Assembly (NCBI GenBank): GCA_050273025.1
Contig: CP158635.1
Coordinates: forward strand, 4,898,001 to 4,962,000
Direction of reading: 5' to 3'
DNA: 64,000 nt
Origin: Cenococcum geophilum
Taxonomy: Eukaryota
The first letter of the stretch is position 1, and each line of letters opens with the position of its first letter. The notes below the pieces were generated by a model that worked only from the letters and a program-made list of their open reading frames with translations, was not told the DNA's origin and did not search any database. Positions 13,907 through 26,450 of this stretch are shown here, in pieces. The position numbers and the translations under genes were made by a program.

Positions 13907-14603
13907 CTAAAAAGATCTAATTCCCCAAGGTGGCAATCTGGCTGGTGACATATGCCGAATGATCGAATATGCTAGTTTGGGTAGTACAGCGTGGAACTCA
14001 GGGTGCGACTTAAGATCCTCAATAAGCCATGCCGCATAACGGCCTAGCCAGTCCAGAAGCTTGTCGTCCTGGTGCAAGCTCGAGAATGTGGTATCGAGCA
14101 TCCGAATGATGGCCGTCAGGTAGTCCAGAGTATTAGGCCCAAGCGCTATGATATTCGCCGTTAATCTATCATATGCAAGTGACTGCAAATTCTCAATCAC
14201 ATACACGTGGGCAAAAACGTAGATTTGGGCATGAGCCAGTAGTGAATAATTTCTCTCCTCCTCGTCCATATTTTCTGACAGGCTACTGGCACCACTGAAT
14301 CTGACTTCATCGGAGTAGTCGTTCTTGTATGCCCATTCAACGAATCGGGCTACAGTTTCGTCGGTTGTGTCTTGAATGGTGTATGCGCCATCTTTCTTCT
14401 CCTTAAAATCTCCCGTAAAAGCCGCATGGATAGCCCTACATTTTGATGCAAGTAGATCTTCGTGAATGCGGAATTTGCGGCTTGAGTTTGCTGTTTGCAG
14501 ACATACAATGTCTGAGCATAGGAAGCTATTCTATACGTTAAATATAATGTCGATTTTTTGCTTTAGGTACATACTCCGAATAATGAAGCTCCTCTTCCAC
14601 CAT
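13907..14603 (-). CDS. BTB/POZ-domain protein, 215 aa, 2 exons (14603-14575, 14525-13907)
   Basis: ATG at 14603; 49-nt intron GTATGT...TTAAC...AATAG (14574-14526); spliced frame open: MVEEELHYSDFLCSDIVCLQ...KFRIHEDLLASKCRAIHAAFTGDFKEKKDGAYTIQDTTDETVARFVEWAYKNDY...LLAHAQIYVFAHVYVIENLQSLA..., the typical fungal BTB fold plus BACK-like helix pattern. Confidence 0.9.
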
Positions 14604-14873
14604 CTTATCCACTGTCTGAGCAAATTTTTCAGAACAGCGTGGTGGGTAGGCGGATGAGGAAGAGGTTCGACAAGGCTGTGACTTGGAGATTCGAGTTTGT
14701 GGCGCTAAGCTTTTCCTAAATAGCAGTTATGGCTGCTCAGCAGGAACCTTGCGGTAGGGTTGGCATACTTCAGCTCCTCTATCACATACCAAAATTTGAT
14801 TTAATGTCTTGTCAAACAAATTTTCATGTACCCCATTATCCCTAAAACAATCATTGTAAAAGAGTATAGGGTC

Positions 14874-15020
14874 CAGGGTGGCGGAAAATCTAATCTTATC
14901 TCAATACGATTGATAATCCACTATCGATATAATATCTCGTATCGCACCAAATATCGTGATATTTTCTTGGTATTCCCTACAAAATTTTAAGAATTCACCA
15001 ACGAATTCTCCACCGAGAGA
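14874..15020 (+). mobile_element. Possible terminal fragment of a hAT-like DNA element
   Basis: CAGGGTGGCGG start followed by clustered TATCG/CGATA repeats; no partner end found. Confidence 0.3.
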
Positions 15021-15193
15021 GCCTATAGGCGTCTGTGTAGGGGTAACTCTCTTTTTATACACTATAACTTAAATATTTAAGTTACAACATACCCTTTTAA
15101 TAGAATAGATTCTTTAAGTAATTTTATATACTAATATATATATTATAGCTGTTTTAGCACCTTTGCGCGTAATTTGGACAGGGAGCTTAAAAG

Positions 15194-15330
15194 GGGGTAA
15201 CATTAATGCGTTAGACGCCCCCCCTGCTAGTAAAGGTCAAGAATAAGCGAGTTCAAAGTGACATAGTGGGACTAGGTTATTTTGTGTACTGTACTAGTTA
15301 GGGGGGCGTCTAACCCTTTTATGTTACCCC
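15194..15330. mobile_element. MITE-like element, 137 bp, ~39-bp imperfect TIRs
   Basis: Left GGGGTAACATTAATGCGTTAGACGCCCCCCCTGCTAGTA vs reverse complement of right GGGGTAACATAAAAGGGTTAGACGCCCCCCTAACTAGTA; no clean TSD. Confidence 0.7.
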
Positions 15331-15382
15331 ATTGTAGTTAGAGGTTCGGCTAAAGACTTGGCGCTATATATATAGACGTGTA

Positions 15383-15810
15383 CAGCGTAGAAATAAGCGG
15401 CCGATATTGGCACGCGCGCAACCATAAATCGACGATTGTTTACCTTCTTATTTACTTAATATCTTTACCATTCTACGACGAAATGCCTCCAATTAGAACT
15501 CGAAAATCGCGCGCGCGTCCTTTTACACCTCCTCCCGACCTTTTAGAATCAACAGGGCACCCAAAGACGCCACAGCGTTGCAGAGTTATCTAGGTGAAGC
15601 TCTTCTCTCAAATGCTCGGAATCCCTATTCCTTAATTAATCGTTCGAAGCCTTACGAATATGCTAAGCGCAGTTAGACTCGAATTCTCTCTTTAAACTCT
15701 ACTTAAACCTGACGTAATAGGTAAATAATAAAGTATTAGAGTAGTAATATATCTTTAAAAATAGTCGATTTTTAGTGGTTACGCACGTACCAATATTGAC
15801 CGCTTATTTC
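15383..15810 (+). mobile_element. Internally deleted Tc1/mariner element (~430 bp)
   Basis: TA then CAGCGTAGAAATAAGCGGCCGATATTGGCACGCGCGCAACC; inverted copy at ~15762-15810 whose last bases are missing; contains a transposase-like N-terminus MPPIRTRKSRARPFTPP from 15483. Confidence 0.72.
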
Positions 15811-18800
15811 TGTAACGAGGCCTTATGTAAGAGTACATATATTAAATCCCGCCGCGCTTGCAAATAAGTTCGCAAGTGTAACAGAACCTTGTAGCAAGAA
15901 CTACGGTAGACTCGTTATTGGGCTAGGTGTGTAGGAAATGCAAGTATAAAAGTCAATAATAAATAATAACTGGTGGAGTGGTTGCCTAATAGATTAACTC
16001 CAATTATATTCTAAGAATTACTATAAGAAAGGAACTATCTAGGTAGGGACTAAGGGTCCTTAAATACACAACCGTACTCCTATAAAATCCTTCTTATACG
16101 TAATATACGTCTTATATATAAGGTACATAAGTTCCTCTCGTTCCTCTTATTTAATATATAGCACATTATATAACCTTAGTTACCATTCCTTATTATATAG
16201 TTCTATTGGCTCTATCTTAGACCGTGCCTAAATTAACTAACTAGCTTCTTCTAACTCCTCTCCTAGTAGTTATAATATTGTACTTAAAGCGTCCGTAACA
16301 TTATCTCCCTCCTCTTTATCTTTGTTCTTAAAGATTTAAAATATCTCTAAGTTATTTACTAGAGGTATAATATCCATCTAATTAATTTGGTTAATATTAT
16401 TGCTTATTATACCTAAAGCAATTTCTTCTTTATACGCCCAACGTCGTGCTCGCACTATTACTATAATATTATCTCTTAGTGAGATTATACCGTCTCCGTG
16501 TTCTTATTGTTTAAAAGAGGGGTTAGTTTATATTACGTTAGCGAACCCATCTTTATAATAACCGTCCTCTTATTTAAAGTGCACTAAAGCGAATATTTGT
16601 TCGTCCTATAACGTTCGCTTTACTTCTAATACTAAATATACGCGACCTATTACCCTTAATAGTCATCTAGTTCCCTAATTAATTTGTCTTAGGGTCTTAT
16701 GTTTAATCTACTACTACGCGGCTAGATAGTAAACTGTCTTAAGCCCTTATTAAGTTAGAATATTCTTAAGATACGGAATAGAAGGCCCTAGATGCTCGCA
16801 TCGCGGCGTCTACTTGTCTACTTTGTCTTAAAAAGGTTTATAAAAAGGTACGTTTTAAGGAGTAAAAACTTATAGAATAAGGTTTACAGGAACTTGGTAA
16901 TAAAAAAATAGATTTTTCTCTAATAGAGAAGGAAACAGATCTAAGTAGTTTAGTAACTACTCTTCTTAGGTTCCCCTTAGGTAACTTATCCTTTAGCAAT
17001 CCTTTTTTTTTAATATTTCCTAACCTAATCTCTTCCGATACTCCTATACCTTTCCTATAGTATTCTTTAAATTTTTTAATAGCTTCTAGGTAGTCTTAGT
17101 GTAGCTTATTTACTTAACCTTATACTATATTTTATTGTTAACGTCCTTATAACTAATAATCTTTAAAACTTACTATTTATCTTCTTTCTATTCTCTATAT
17201 GTGTCTGCCTTATAAACCGGTGGCTTAATATTCCCGTATGCTAGCTCTAGTATTATAATATGCTATATAGGGTAGATCTTTATTTTAGCTAGTAAGTTTA
17301 ACTTAAACGTAACTAGTAAAATCCTCTATATAATTTTAAAAGGTCCTAGTCTAATGTAGTCTAACTTCTTATTTAGTTGTTAACTCTTAAAATTTTTATA
17401 TAGTAGCTATACTTTATCTCCCTCCTTAAGATCTAGTCCCTTAGATCTCTTAGCATTATAATACTTTTTTTTTCTCTTTTATACTTTCTTTACTAATTCT
17501 ATAAGGTCTATATAAAGATTTATTAATATCTTTATTCTTTCTTTAGCTATGCTACTTATTTTCTTTGCTTATTATAGTAATAATAATATTCTTAGCTTAT
17601 ATCCGTAATTTGCCTTAAATAGTAATATGCCTATTCCTTTTTAAGGTGTTGTATTATATGTAAACTATATAATTAGTAATAGCAATACCTAATTATTTTA
17701 TACGTAATTAATATAATGCCTTAGATACTACTCTAGTGTCTAATTTAATCTTTCTGTTTAACTATCTGTTTGCGGATAATATATAGTAGAAGTTGCTACT
17801 TAAACTTCTTACTCCGCTAAGAATACCTCCTAAAATACTGTTATAAATCTTAGATCTTTATCTAATATAATCTTGCTTAGTGCTTTATATCTTATAAACA
17901 CTTCCTTAATATAGATTTTAGCGACATCTTTTGCTAAGATTTCTTCCGTATATGCTATAAAGTATCCCCACTTTATAAGCTTATCTACTATTACTAAAAT
18001 CGCGTTATAATCTTATCTGGTAATAGGGTCTCTTAACTTTAGTAACTTAATAATAAAGTCCCATAATATAACCTCCTATAGTCTCTCTAGTATTTTAATA
18101 GGTTGTAGCCCTCCGTATAGCTTATACCTTATTAGTTTATTCCTTTAGTAATTTAAACACTCTTTAGTAACCCTTCTAGCTATTCTTTAGATTCTATTAA
18201 TAATATATTCCTTTTAGAGTCTTAACACTAAGCCTATAGCTCTATTGTGTCCTTAAGTTAGTCCCTTATAAAAGTCCTTTATAAACTACTCTACTATACT
18301 TCTTGGGATATACTTTACTTCTTGATTTTTGTATATATCCGTCTATAAATCTTTTAGTTATGCTTCTAGAATTCTTTATACCTAAAAGCTTTCTAGTGTT
18401 TTGTAAACCTTATTTAGTTCTTTTTAAGTTACTATAATCTTTGGATAATTGTACCTAATTAATCCGTCTATATCTTTTCGCAGTAAAGCCCCTAATGGCT
18501 TTTTATTATTTTGTAGTTTAGCTTTATAACTTAGAGCATCTGCCCTTATGTTGTCTATACCCTTAGTATACTAAATCTTAAAATGGTATTCTATAAGTAT
18601 CTCTGCCCATTTAACCTATTTTTAGTTAAGTTCCTTTATTATTAGGAATTCTATTAGGTTTTTATAATCCGTCTTAACTATAAATAGTTTCTTTATACCT
18701 TATAAGAATACTCTTTATTTCTTTAATGCTATAACTATACCTAATAACTCCTTATTATAGATGTTATAATTTAACTTTAGTAGTGTTATCTTCCGACTAT

Positions 18801-21800
18801 AATATGCTACTAGGTGCCATCTATTTTAATACCTTTATATAAAGTATACCCCTAGTATATAGTCTAATATATCTATTTCTATAACTATCTCTAGTCCTAG
18901 TTAATAGATCTTAAGAACTAGCTCCTAGGTAAACAACTCTTTAACTTTCTTAAAGAGTTCTCTTTATTCCTCTCCCTATGCCTATAGTTCTTCTTTCTTT
19001 ATTAACTGTGTAAATGGCTTAATATCCTTTAACTACTGCGCTATAAACCTTCTATAGTAATTATAAAACCCTAGAAATAATTTTAACTATATAATGTTCT
19101 CTAGTTCTTACTAATTTACTATAGCCTTAATCTTCTTTAGATCTATGCTAAGTTGGCCTAGTTTAATAATAAATCCTATAAAATTGGTCTTTTTAGTAAA
19201 GAACTTATATTTTTTAATTACTACTAGCATCTATTCTTCTTATAGTCTCTTTAAGACCTATTTAACGTGCTCCCTATATTCTTCCTTAGTTATTAAGTAA
19301 ATAATAATATTGTTAAGGTATACCATAACAAATTTATCCAAGTGCTCTTTTAATATATTATTAATACGCTTTTAGAATATTACTAGTGCGTTTATAAGCC
19401 TAAATTGCATAACTAATAGTTTATATAGTCCTTTCTTTAACCTAAAGGCTGCCTTCTATTTGTCGCCTTCCTTAATCCTAATCTAATAGTATGCCTATCT
19501 TAGATCTATTTTTATAAAGATTTACGCATTGCTTATCCTATCTTAGATTTCGCTAATTAAGGGTAAAGGATACCTATCCTTTCTAGTAATACTATTTAAC
19601 TATCTATAGTTAATACACAGCCTTAGTTTACTATTCTTCTTTAGTATAAATAGTACTAGATATCCCGCTAATAACTATAATGGTCTAATATATCCCTTTT
19701 ATAGGTTTTCTTAGATAAACTCTTTTAATGCTCTACCTTTCTCTTTAGTAAGCTTATAGATTGGAAAGAATTTTAGACTTATTCCTGGTTTTAACTCTAT
19801 CTTATAGTCCTATACTATATACTTTAATAGCTTCTTACTCTCTAGTAACTATAACTTTTTGCCGTACTTATAGTATCTCTTTAGTATATAACTTAAGCCT
19901 CGCTTAGTCTCTTTATATATCGCTCCGACTTAGTACTATACCATCTTAGCTTATTATTATATCTTGTGGCGTTAAGTATCTCTAATATTAACTTAACCTG
20001 TAATCTAATTAATCCTTAGATTGTATTCCTATAACTAAGGCATTCCTAGTACCGCCTTATCCCTTCCCAATAGTAGGATATTGAAAGATATCTTAATTTA
20101 TCTTCCTTTAATGGTTATCTAAATAGGTCCTATTTTAAGATTGATAATCCCTCCTCCGTAGGCTATTAGATCTCCTAAAATTGTAATTAATAGGTAAGGT
20201 TTCTCCTTTTACCTATAAGGTAATCCTATTCTCTTAACTGCTACTAGTAAGATATAGTTTCTTATTACTTTACTATCTATTAGCGCTTTAAACTGCTAAT
20301 CTTACTATTTAACTTATAAATTTAGGTGTTGTCCTTAAATTCCTTTAAGGGTCTAAGGCTCTACTATTGGCTCCCTCTAGTTCCGTGGGCCTCTACTTTT
20401 CCTAACTATTAGCTGCTTAATCCTTGTGTACTTAGCTTATTCTTTAGCTAATGCCTAGTTTGCTTTTTATCTTTGATATACTATAGACACGTATTCTCTA
20501 GGCATTCCTACTACTATTATCTATCTAAGCATTCTTCTATAAGGAATCTTCCTAGTTAAAGTACTAAGCTTCCTTCCTCCTAAACTTCTACTAGATGCCA
20601 TTTATATATATATTTAGCATTTCTATATTATCGCTTGTCTGTTATCTAGTATATCCTAGTAAAGTATTTCCAATTTTTTTCCTTTAGATTCTTGTGTATC
20701 TTACATATATCGTCTATATACGCGATCTATAATAACGTATAGTATACTAGGTGCTTTAGGTTAACTCTTAACTTGTCTTTATCTTTAAGTTTAAACCTTT
20801 CTCGTGCTAATCTAAACGTTATAACTTTATTCGTAGGTACTAAGATACGTCTCTCGCTTCTCTAGTCCTCTAAGCATTCCTCTAAATCCTTTAACGTTAT
20901 AATTAAGGCCCCTTTAATATAAGTTATTGCCTTTTCTATAATTAGGTAGTCTTAGATAACTTTTTTATCTAACCATATATAGAAATCTTCCTACTTATCG
21001 TTATGTCTTTACCTATACCACTTTTAGTATAGCTGCTAAAGTATATACAGCTTATCCGTAAGGAAGTATCTTCTTATTACTATGTTATAACAGCCCTTTA
21101 TATATTGTCCTTTAAACCTAGTTAGGATTCCTAGATCCTCTTTATCTTCCAGTTTAGTAAGCCATTTAGCTCTTAATGTGCCTGCCCTAGGCCTATTAGT
21201 AATTCTTTATACTAGTACTCTATCCTTTATACGTCCCAATATATTAGATCTCTTATCTAGTTTCTATTCTTGCTATATAATAATTCTTTGCCTAAACTCC
21301 TTTATAGTTTCTTTTGGTTTGCGCCTTACGCTTAAATCCTTAAAGTTCTCTTACTTCTTAATCTTAGTATTAACTTTTTAATCTTTAGTCCGAATAATAT
21401 ATTCTACTAGTAAGTCTTCTAGGTCTATATATTTGTCTCCTAGTCTAATTACTATTTACGCTATAGATTCTCTAATCTATAAAGAAACTCCTTACCTCTT
21501 ACTTATAGGTGCCTTAATTTACGCTCCGAATTCTTAGCTCCTTAGATTCTTTAATCCTAAGCTTACTTCTAACTTAAGCTTTACTCCAGCCTTAGTCTAA
21601 CTAGGCTTACTTAGTATTTTTATCTCGTCTTAAAAGTCTTAAATCTCACTCATCTTATCTTAAGAGTCTTATGCTTTTAGGAAACTTCGTCCTAAGCTTA
21701 TTTATATATTACTAAACTAAGCCATTACTCTACTCTATTGGTTATCGTCTATTATAGGTCCTTAAGCTTACCTTATCTTGTCTTAAGAATCTTAGTCGTC

Positions 21801-23875
21801 TTATATCTCGCTATAAGAATCTTAAGCCTGTGGCCTTTTGCCTTTATTAAGTGCCGAAGTAGTTCGCTATCCTACTTCTCTTACGTCTTATAAAGCAATA
21901 GACATTATATCTAGTAGGGTCTTAATCCCAACTAATATTCCCTATTCTATAGTGGAATTATCCTCTACCTCTAGTATAATATCTCTAATAGCTACGTATT
22001 CCTAGTAAACCGCTCTTATTACCTTATCGTTATAAAATACTTCGCCTATATTAAAATTATTATCCTTAATATCCGATCTGCGAGCTAGTTTATTAGTTCC
22101 TCTGCATCCTATAGGTGCTAGCTCCTATAACTAATAGCTTACGCCATACTTAGCGTCTTTATAAATTTGGTATACGTTGTTATAACAAAACGCAAAACTT
22201 CTAATTAAACATTCTTTTGTTCCTTATAGTATATTATCGTCCCTCTATATATATATATCGTCTGCTAGTCTTATACCTTTTACTACGTAATAACTTTGCC
22301 CACTTCTACAGTCTCTAATATAATAACCCTATTTTCCGTAATTTATATAAGCTCCTTCTTTAAACCATTTTTCTTACTATAGAGTCCGCCTAAATATCTT
22401 CTGCTACTAAGATCCCTAATTTAGCCTCTGCTCCTTAGACCTTTAATTACTTAATTCTTGTCCTCTAGGTTTTCACAGTTTACTCTATCTCTTATAGGCT
22501 TCTTTAGTACCACTTAGGTCTATTAGCTCTACGCTATACCATAGTTTTTAACTTAGCTTTTGTTATTACGTACTCTATACCTTATATAACTATAGAACTC
22601 TATCCTAGCCTCTCTTAGCCTGTTCCCTTTAGTAGATCTAATTATTAATCTTAATTACCTAATCTATTAGTTCCCTTAGGGTATCCGCATCTTCCATTAG
22701 AATAATTACGTCCTAGACTTTAGCCTTAAGTCCTTATTTATACTATGCTATAAGCGCCCTATTATTCTACTCTACTTATATTACTAATATCTAAAACTAC
22801 GTTATATATTTAATTGCTAAGGTTTATTACGTAATATCTTAGAGTTTTTTTTCCGCTGTGGTCACTGCCTCTAAGTCTCCGAATATTTGCGTAAGTCATT
22901 CTATAAATCCATTCCAGCTTAAGAACATAAACCGTACCTCTTAGTTAGTGGTTGTCATGCCGTTTACTTATATCTCTATTAGGTAAGGCTCGAACCATTT
23001 AAGTGCTCTTCTTATTAAGAATAGTCCTATATAGGCTATTTAATCTATAGGTATTGCCAGCTTTGCTCCTTCCTATGCTACCTTAAAGTATATTTATATT
23101 AGGAATCCTTTAAGCTTTAATCTCTCTCCTAAGTACCTTTTAATTAATAGTAACTTAACCTTTACTGCGCCTATCCCGTTAATCCTATTTTCCAACGTTA
23201 CATTATTTTCTGTTAGCTAGTTAACTATCTCTTATAGTTATCTAACTGTTATAGGTTGCTATAAGTCAGTGTCTGCTATACTGGTGTTATTACTTAACCT
23301 TAAAGTAGTTACTACCGTCGATAGCGTCGTGGTGGCTGCTTTTAGTGGCATGTTATTTAACTTCTTATATTAATACTATAACTAGGTAGTAATTATATAA
23401 CGGAACCTTGTAGCAAGAACTACGGTGGGCTTATTATTAGGCTAGGTGTATAGGAAATATAAGTATAAAAGTTAACAACGAATAATAACTGGTAGAGTAA
23501 TTGCCTAATAGATTAACTCCAATTGTATTCTGAGAATTACTATAAGGAAGGAACTATCTAGGTAGGGACTAAGGGTCCTTAAATACACAACCGTACTCCT
23601 ATAAAATCCTTCTTATATATAATATACGTCTTGTATATAAGGTACGTAAGTTCCTCTCGTTCCTCTTGTTTAATACGTAGCACATTATATAACCTCGGTT
23701 ACCATTCCTCGTCACATAGTTCTATCGGCTCCATCCTAAACCGTGCCTAAATTAACCAACTAGCTTCTTCCGACTCCTCTCCTAGTAGTCGTAACATTGT
23801 ACTTAAAGCGTCCGTAACAGCAAGCACTCCGTGTCTTTTTGGCCGAATGGCGACGTTAGGGCGGGAAACGTTACA
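15811..23875. repeat. Small (~117 bp) solo LTR split by the Gypsy G1b insertion (pieces 15811-15876 and 23825-23875)
   Basis: TGTAACG at 15811 and CGTTACA ending at 23875 are inverted termini; the pieces rejoin across TSD GCAAG. Confidence 0.65.
15877..23819 (-). mobile_element. Ty3/Gypsy (chromovirus-like) LTR retrotransposon, family G1 copy b, full length 7943 bp, RIP-inactivated
   Basis: 424-bp LTRs 15877-16300 and 23396-23819; TSD GCAAG at 15872-15876 and 23820-23824; purine tract on the minus strand next to 16300; minus-strand gag, protease, RT, RNase H and integrase remnants in Gypsy order. Confidence 0.95.
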
Positions 23876-24296
23876 CCTTATAGGAAATACTACGGTAGAC
23901 TTGCTAATAGGCTAGGTATATAGATAAACAAGAAGTTAACAACGTAAACATAACTGGTAGAGTAGGTTGCCTAATAGATTAACTCTAATTATACTCTAAG
24001 ATTTACTATAAAGAAGAGAACTATTTAGGTAGGGACTGTAGTCCTTTAAATATATAATACTGCGCCTAGGAAATATACTAAGTACATTAGTATATTAGTA
24101 TATCCCTTATATTCCTACGTTCCTATATTTTTATATTCTATACTTATAATATAACTAGCTACGTAACTTACTTACTCTTTATCCTATAGTTTAACTAATT
24201 CTAACGCCTCCCGTACTATTTTAACTAACCTATTTATATCTCTTTTAGTAGTCGCACTACTGCTAATATAAGGTCCGTAATACTATCCTCTTTCTC
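23876..24296 (-). repeat. LTR (23876-24282, first ~10 bp missing) plus PPT of a third, diverged G1-related Gypsy
   Basis: CCTTATAGGAAATACTACGGTAGAC...GGTCCGTAATA is homologous to G1 LTR ends; followed by CTATCCTCTTTCTC (purine tract on minus), then cut by the next LTR. Confidence 0.8.
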
Positions 24297-26450
24297 TATT
24301 ATAGAATATCCCTAAAATACCTTATATATATTTATATATTTCCACTAACTTAGTAATTAAAGACTAACTATAAGACTATAATTTGCTGTAATCTATAGCA
24401 GTTTAATGGCAATCTATTATAATCTGCTATATTCTACAAAGTTCTACTAAATCTTACTAAGTTCTACTAGGACTACTACCTAAATCCTATTCTACTCTAT
24501 ATATATATTAACTAAGCAACTAAGTTAATAATATATACCTTTCCTTCTCGTTTTTTTACTTTCTTTCTTTATATAACATCTTAACTTTATTATACAGTTT
24601 ATATATATAGCTTAATAGTATCTACCTCGTTATATATTATTGTCACTTATATTTACTCCGTAATACTATATTACATTAACTACCTATACTATTATTAAAA
24701 TATAGAACGTACCTAAAGCTCCTATAACGGCAGCTAATATACTTACTATACTTAAAGAGTAGATAGTAGGTTTATAGACATCCATTATAGACGCCCTTAT
24801 AGAATAAAAGGCCTAATACTAATAATTAATTAAAGCCCTCTAAGAAGAAACCCGTATCTTTTTGATATTTACGCTACGGCCTTAAGACTAGACGCTACCC
24901 CTAAAGGTCTATATATGGAACGCAAGCCCTAAACTAGTAGTAGTTATTTACCCTAAACTAACTACTATACTATAATAATCTAAAAAACTACTAGACCCCT
25001 TAATATTTACTTATAAATAATAAAAGCTTTAGTTATTCTTAAGCTGGTTTAGAAATAAGCTAATTAGTAATATTAACTGCTACCTAACTAAAGCTAACTA
25101 ACTTTACTACGCCCTAAGTTAATTAAGAGGAGAGGTAGCTAACCTTATTAAATCTTTTTAGCTAAACCTAGTATAAAGCCTAGTTAGACTTCTTAAAGCT
25201 ATATATAGTAGCTTAAACCGCTAAGCTACCGCTTAAAGGAAGATAAACTATATAGCTTAGGAAACAAAAGTTTTCTAATATACTTCTCTAAATTTAACCG
25301 CTACGTAAGGGAAATAGGCTAGAATAACTTCGCACTAATTAATAGCCTTATTAAATCCTTAAGCCCTAAACTAAAAACTTCCCTAATAGGCGTAGACCTA
25401 CTAGGAGCCCTTAGCGCCTATATAAACGTTATTAACAAACGGTATAATAATATACTACGCCGAACACCAAAGCCCGCTCCTTAATATAGTATAGCAGCCT
25501 TATAAGTCCCTATTAAGTTATTTTCTTAGCCTAGGTACCCTAATACTATAGACATTAACTCTAGAACCCTAAAGTATACCTTACTAGGGTCCTTTAAATA
25601 AGAAGAATATAGAAGTAAGGCTTATATTTTAAAATACTGCCCCGTTTTTATACCCTAATATAATTTATAAATAGCTAATACTAGCGGCTATTTACCGCAT
25701 TAATCTTCTAGTTACTATCCTTAAATTTTATTAGTTCTAGCCCTATATCTAATAAGTACTACTTATAAGAATAAAGCTATAACTCCTTCCCGCTTACTAC
25801 TAAAAAGGTATATCCTAGAGCTAAGTTGCTTTTTAGGATAGCTATATTATAGGATCTTGTTTAATATATTGGATATTACAGACCCTAAATTTTAGGATTA
25901 TAGTATAATTGTTAACTACCGTCTTTAGAAAAAAGGTTAATAGGCTAATACTTAAGTCCTAATTAATATAGAAGCTAGCGGTATAGGATTTATTAATAAG
26001 ATCTTTATATAGGATAATAGTTTTACTCTAATACTCCTTAACCGGCATATTAACGTATTTAGATTGAATAGTAAACGTACTATTTTAGGCCGTATTACTT
26101 ATATAGAGCGGCCCTAAGACTCTAATACCTAAACTATAAAAAAAATTAACCAAGTCCCCTATAACCACCCTAGGTTACCTAGTAATCCTTAAATAACCCT
26201 AAATAAAGCTATATAAGGTAACTATTAATTAGAATAACTATAAGCTTCTATTTACCGCCTCTCATTATAAATAAAAGTGCTTTATAACTTGCTATTTAGA
26301 CTCTAAACTAAACCTTACAATTTCTACTAATATCTACCCTATATCTAAGAAGTTTACATAATTTTACTAAACCGGAAATTTTACCAAATTCCACTAATAT
26401 AAAATTTCCGCGAACGTCCACTAAAGGCCTAAAAATCCCACTAAACTATA

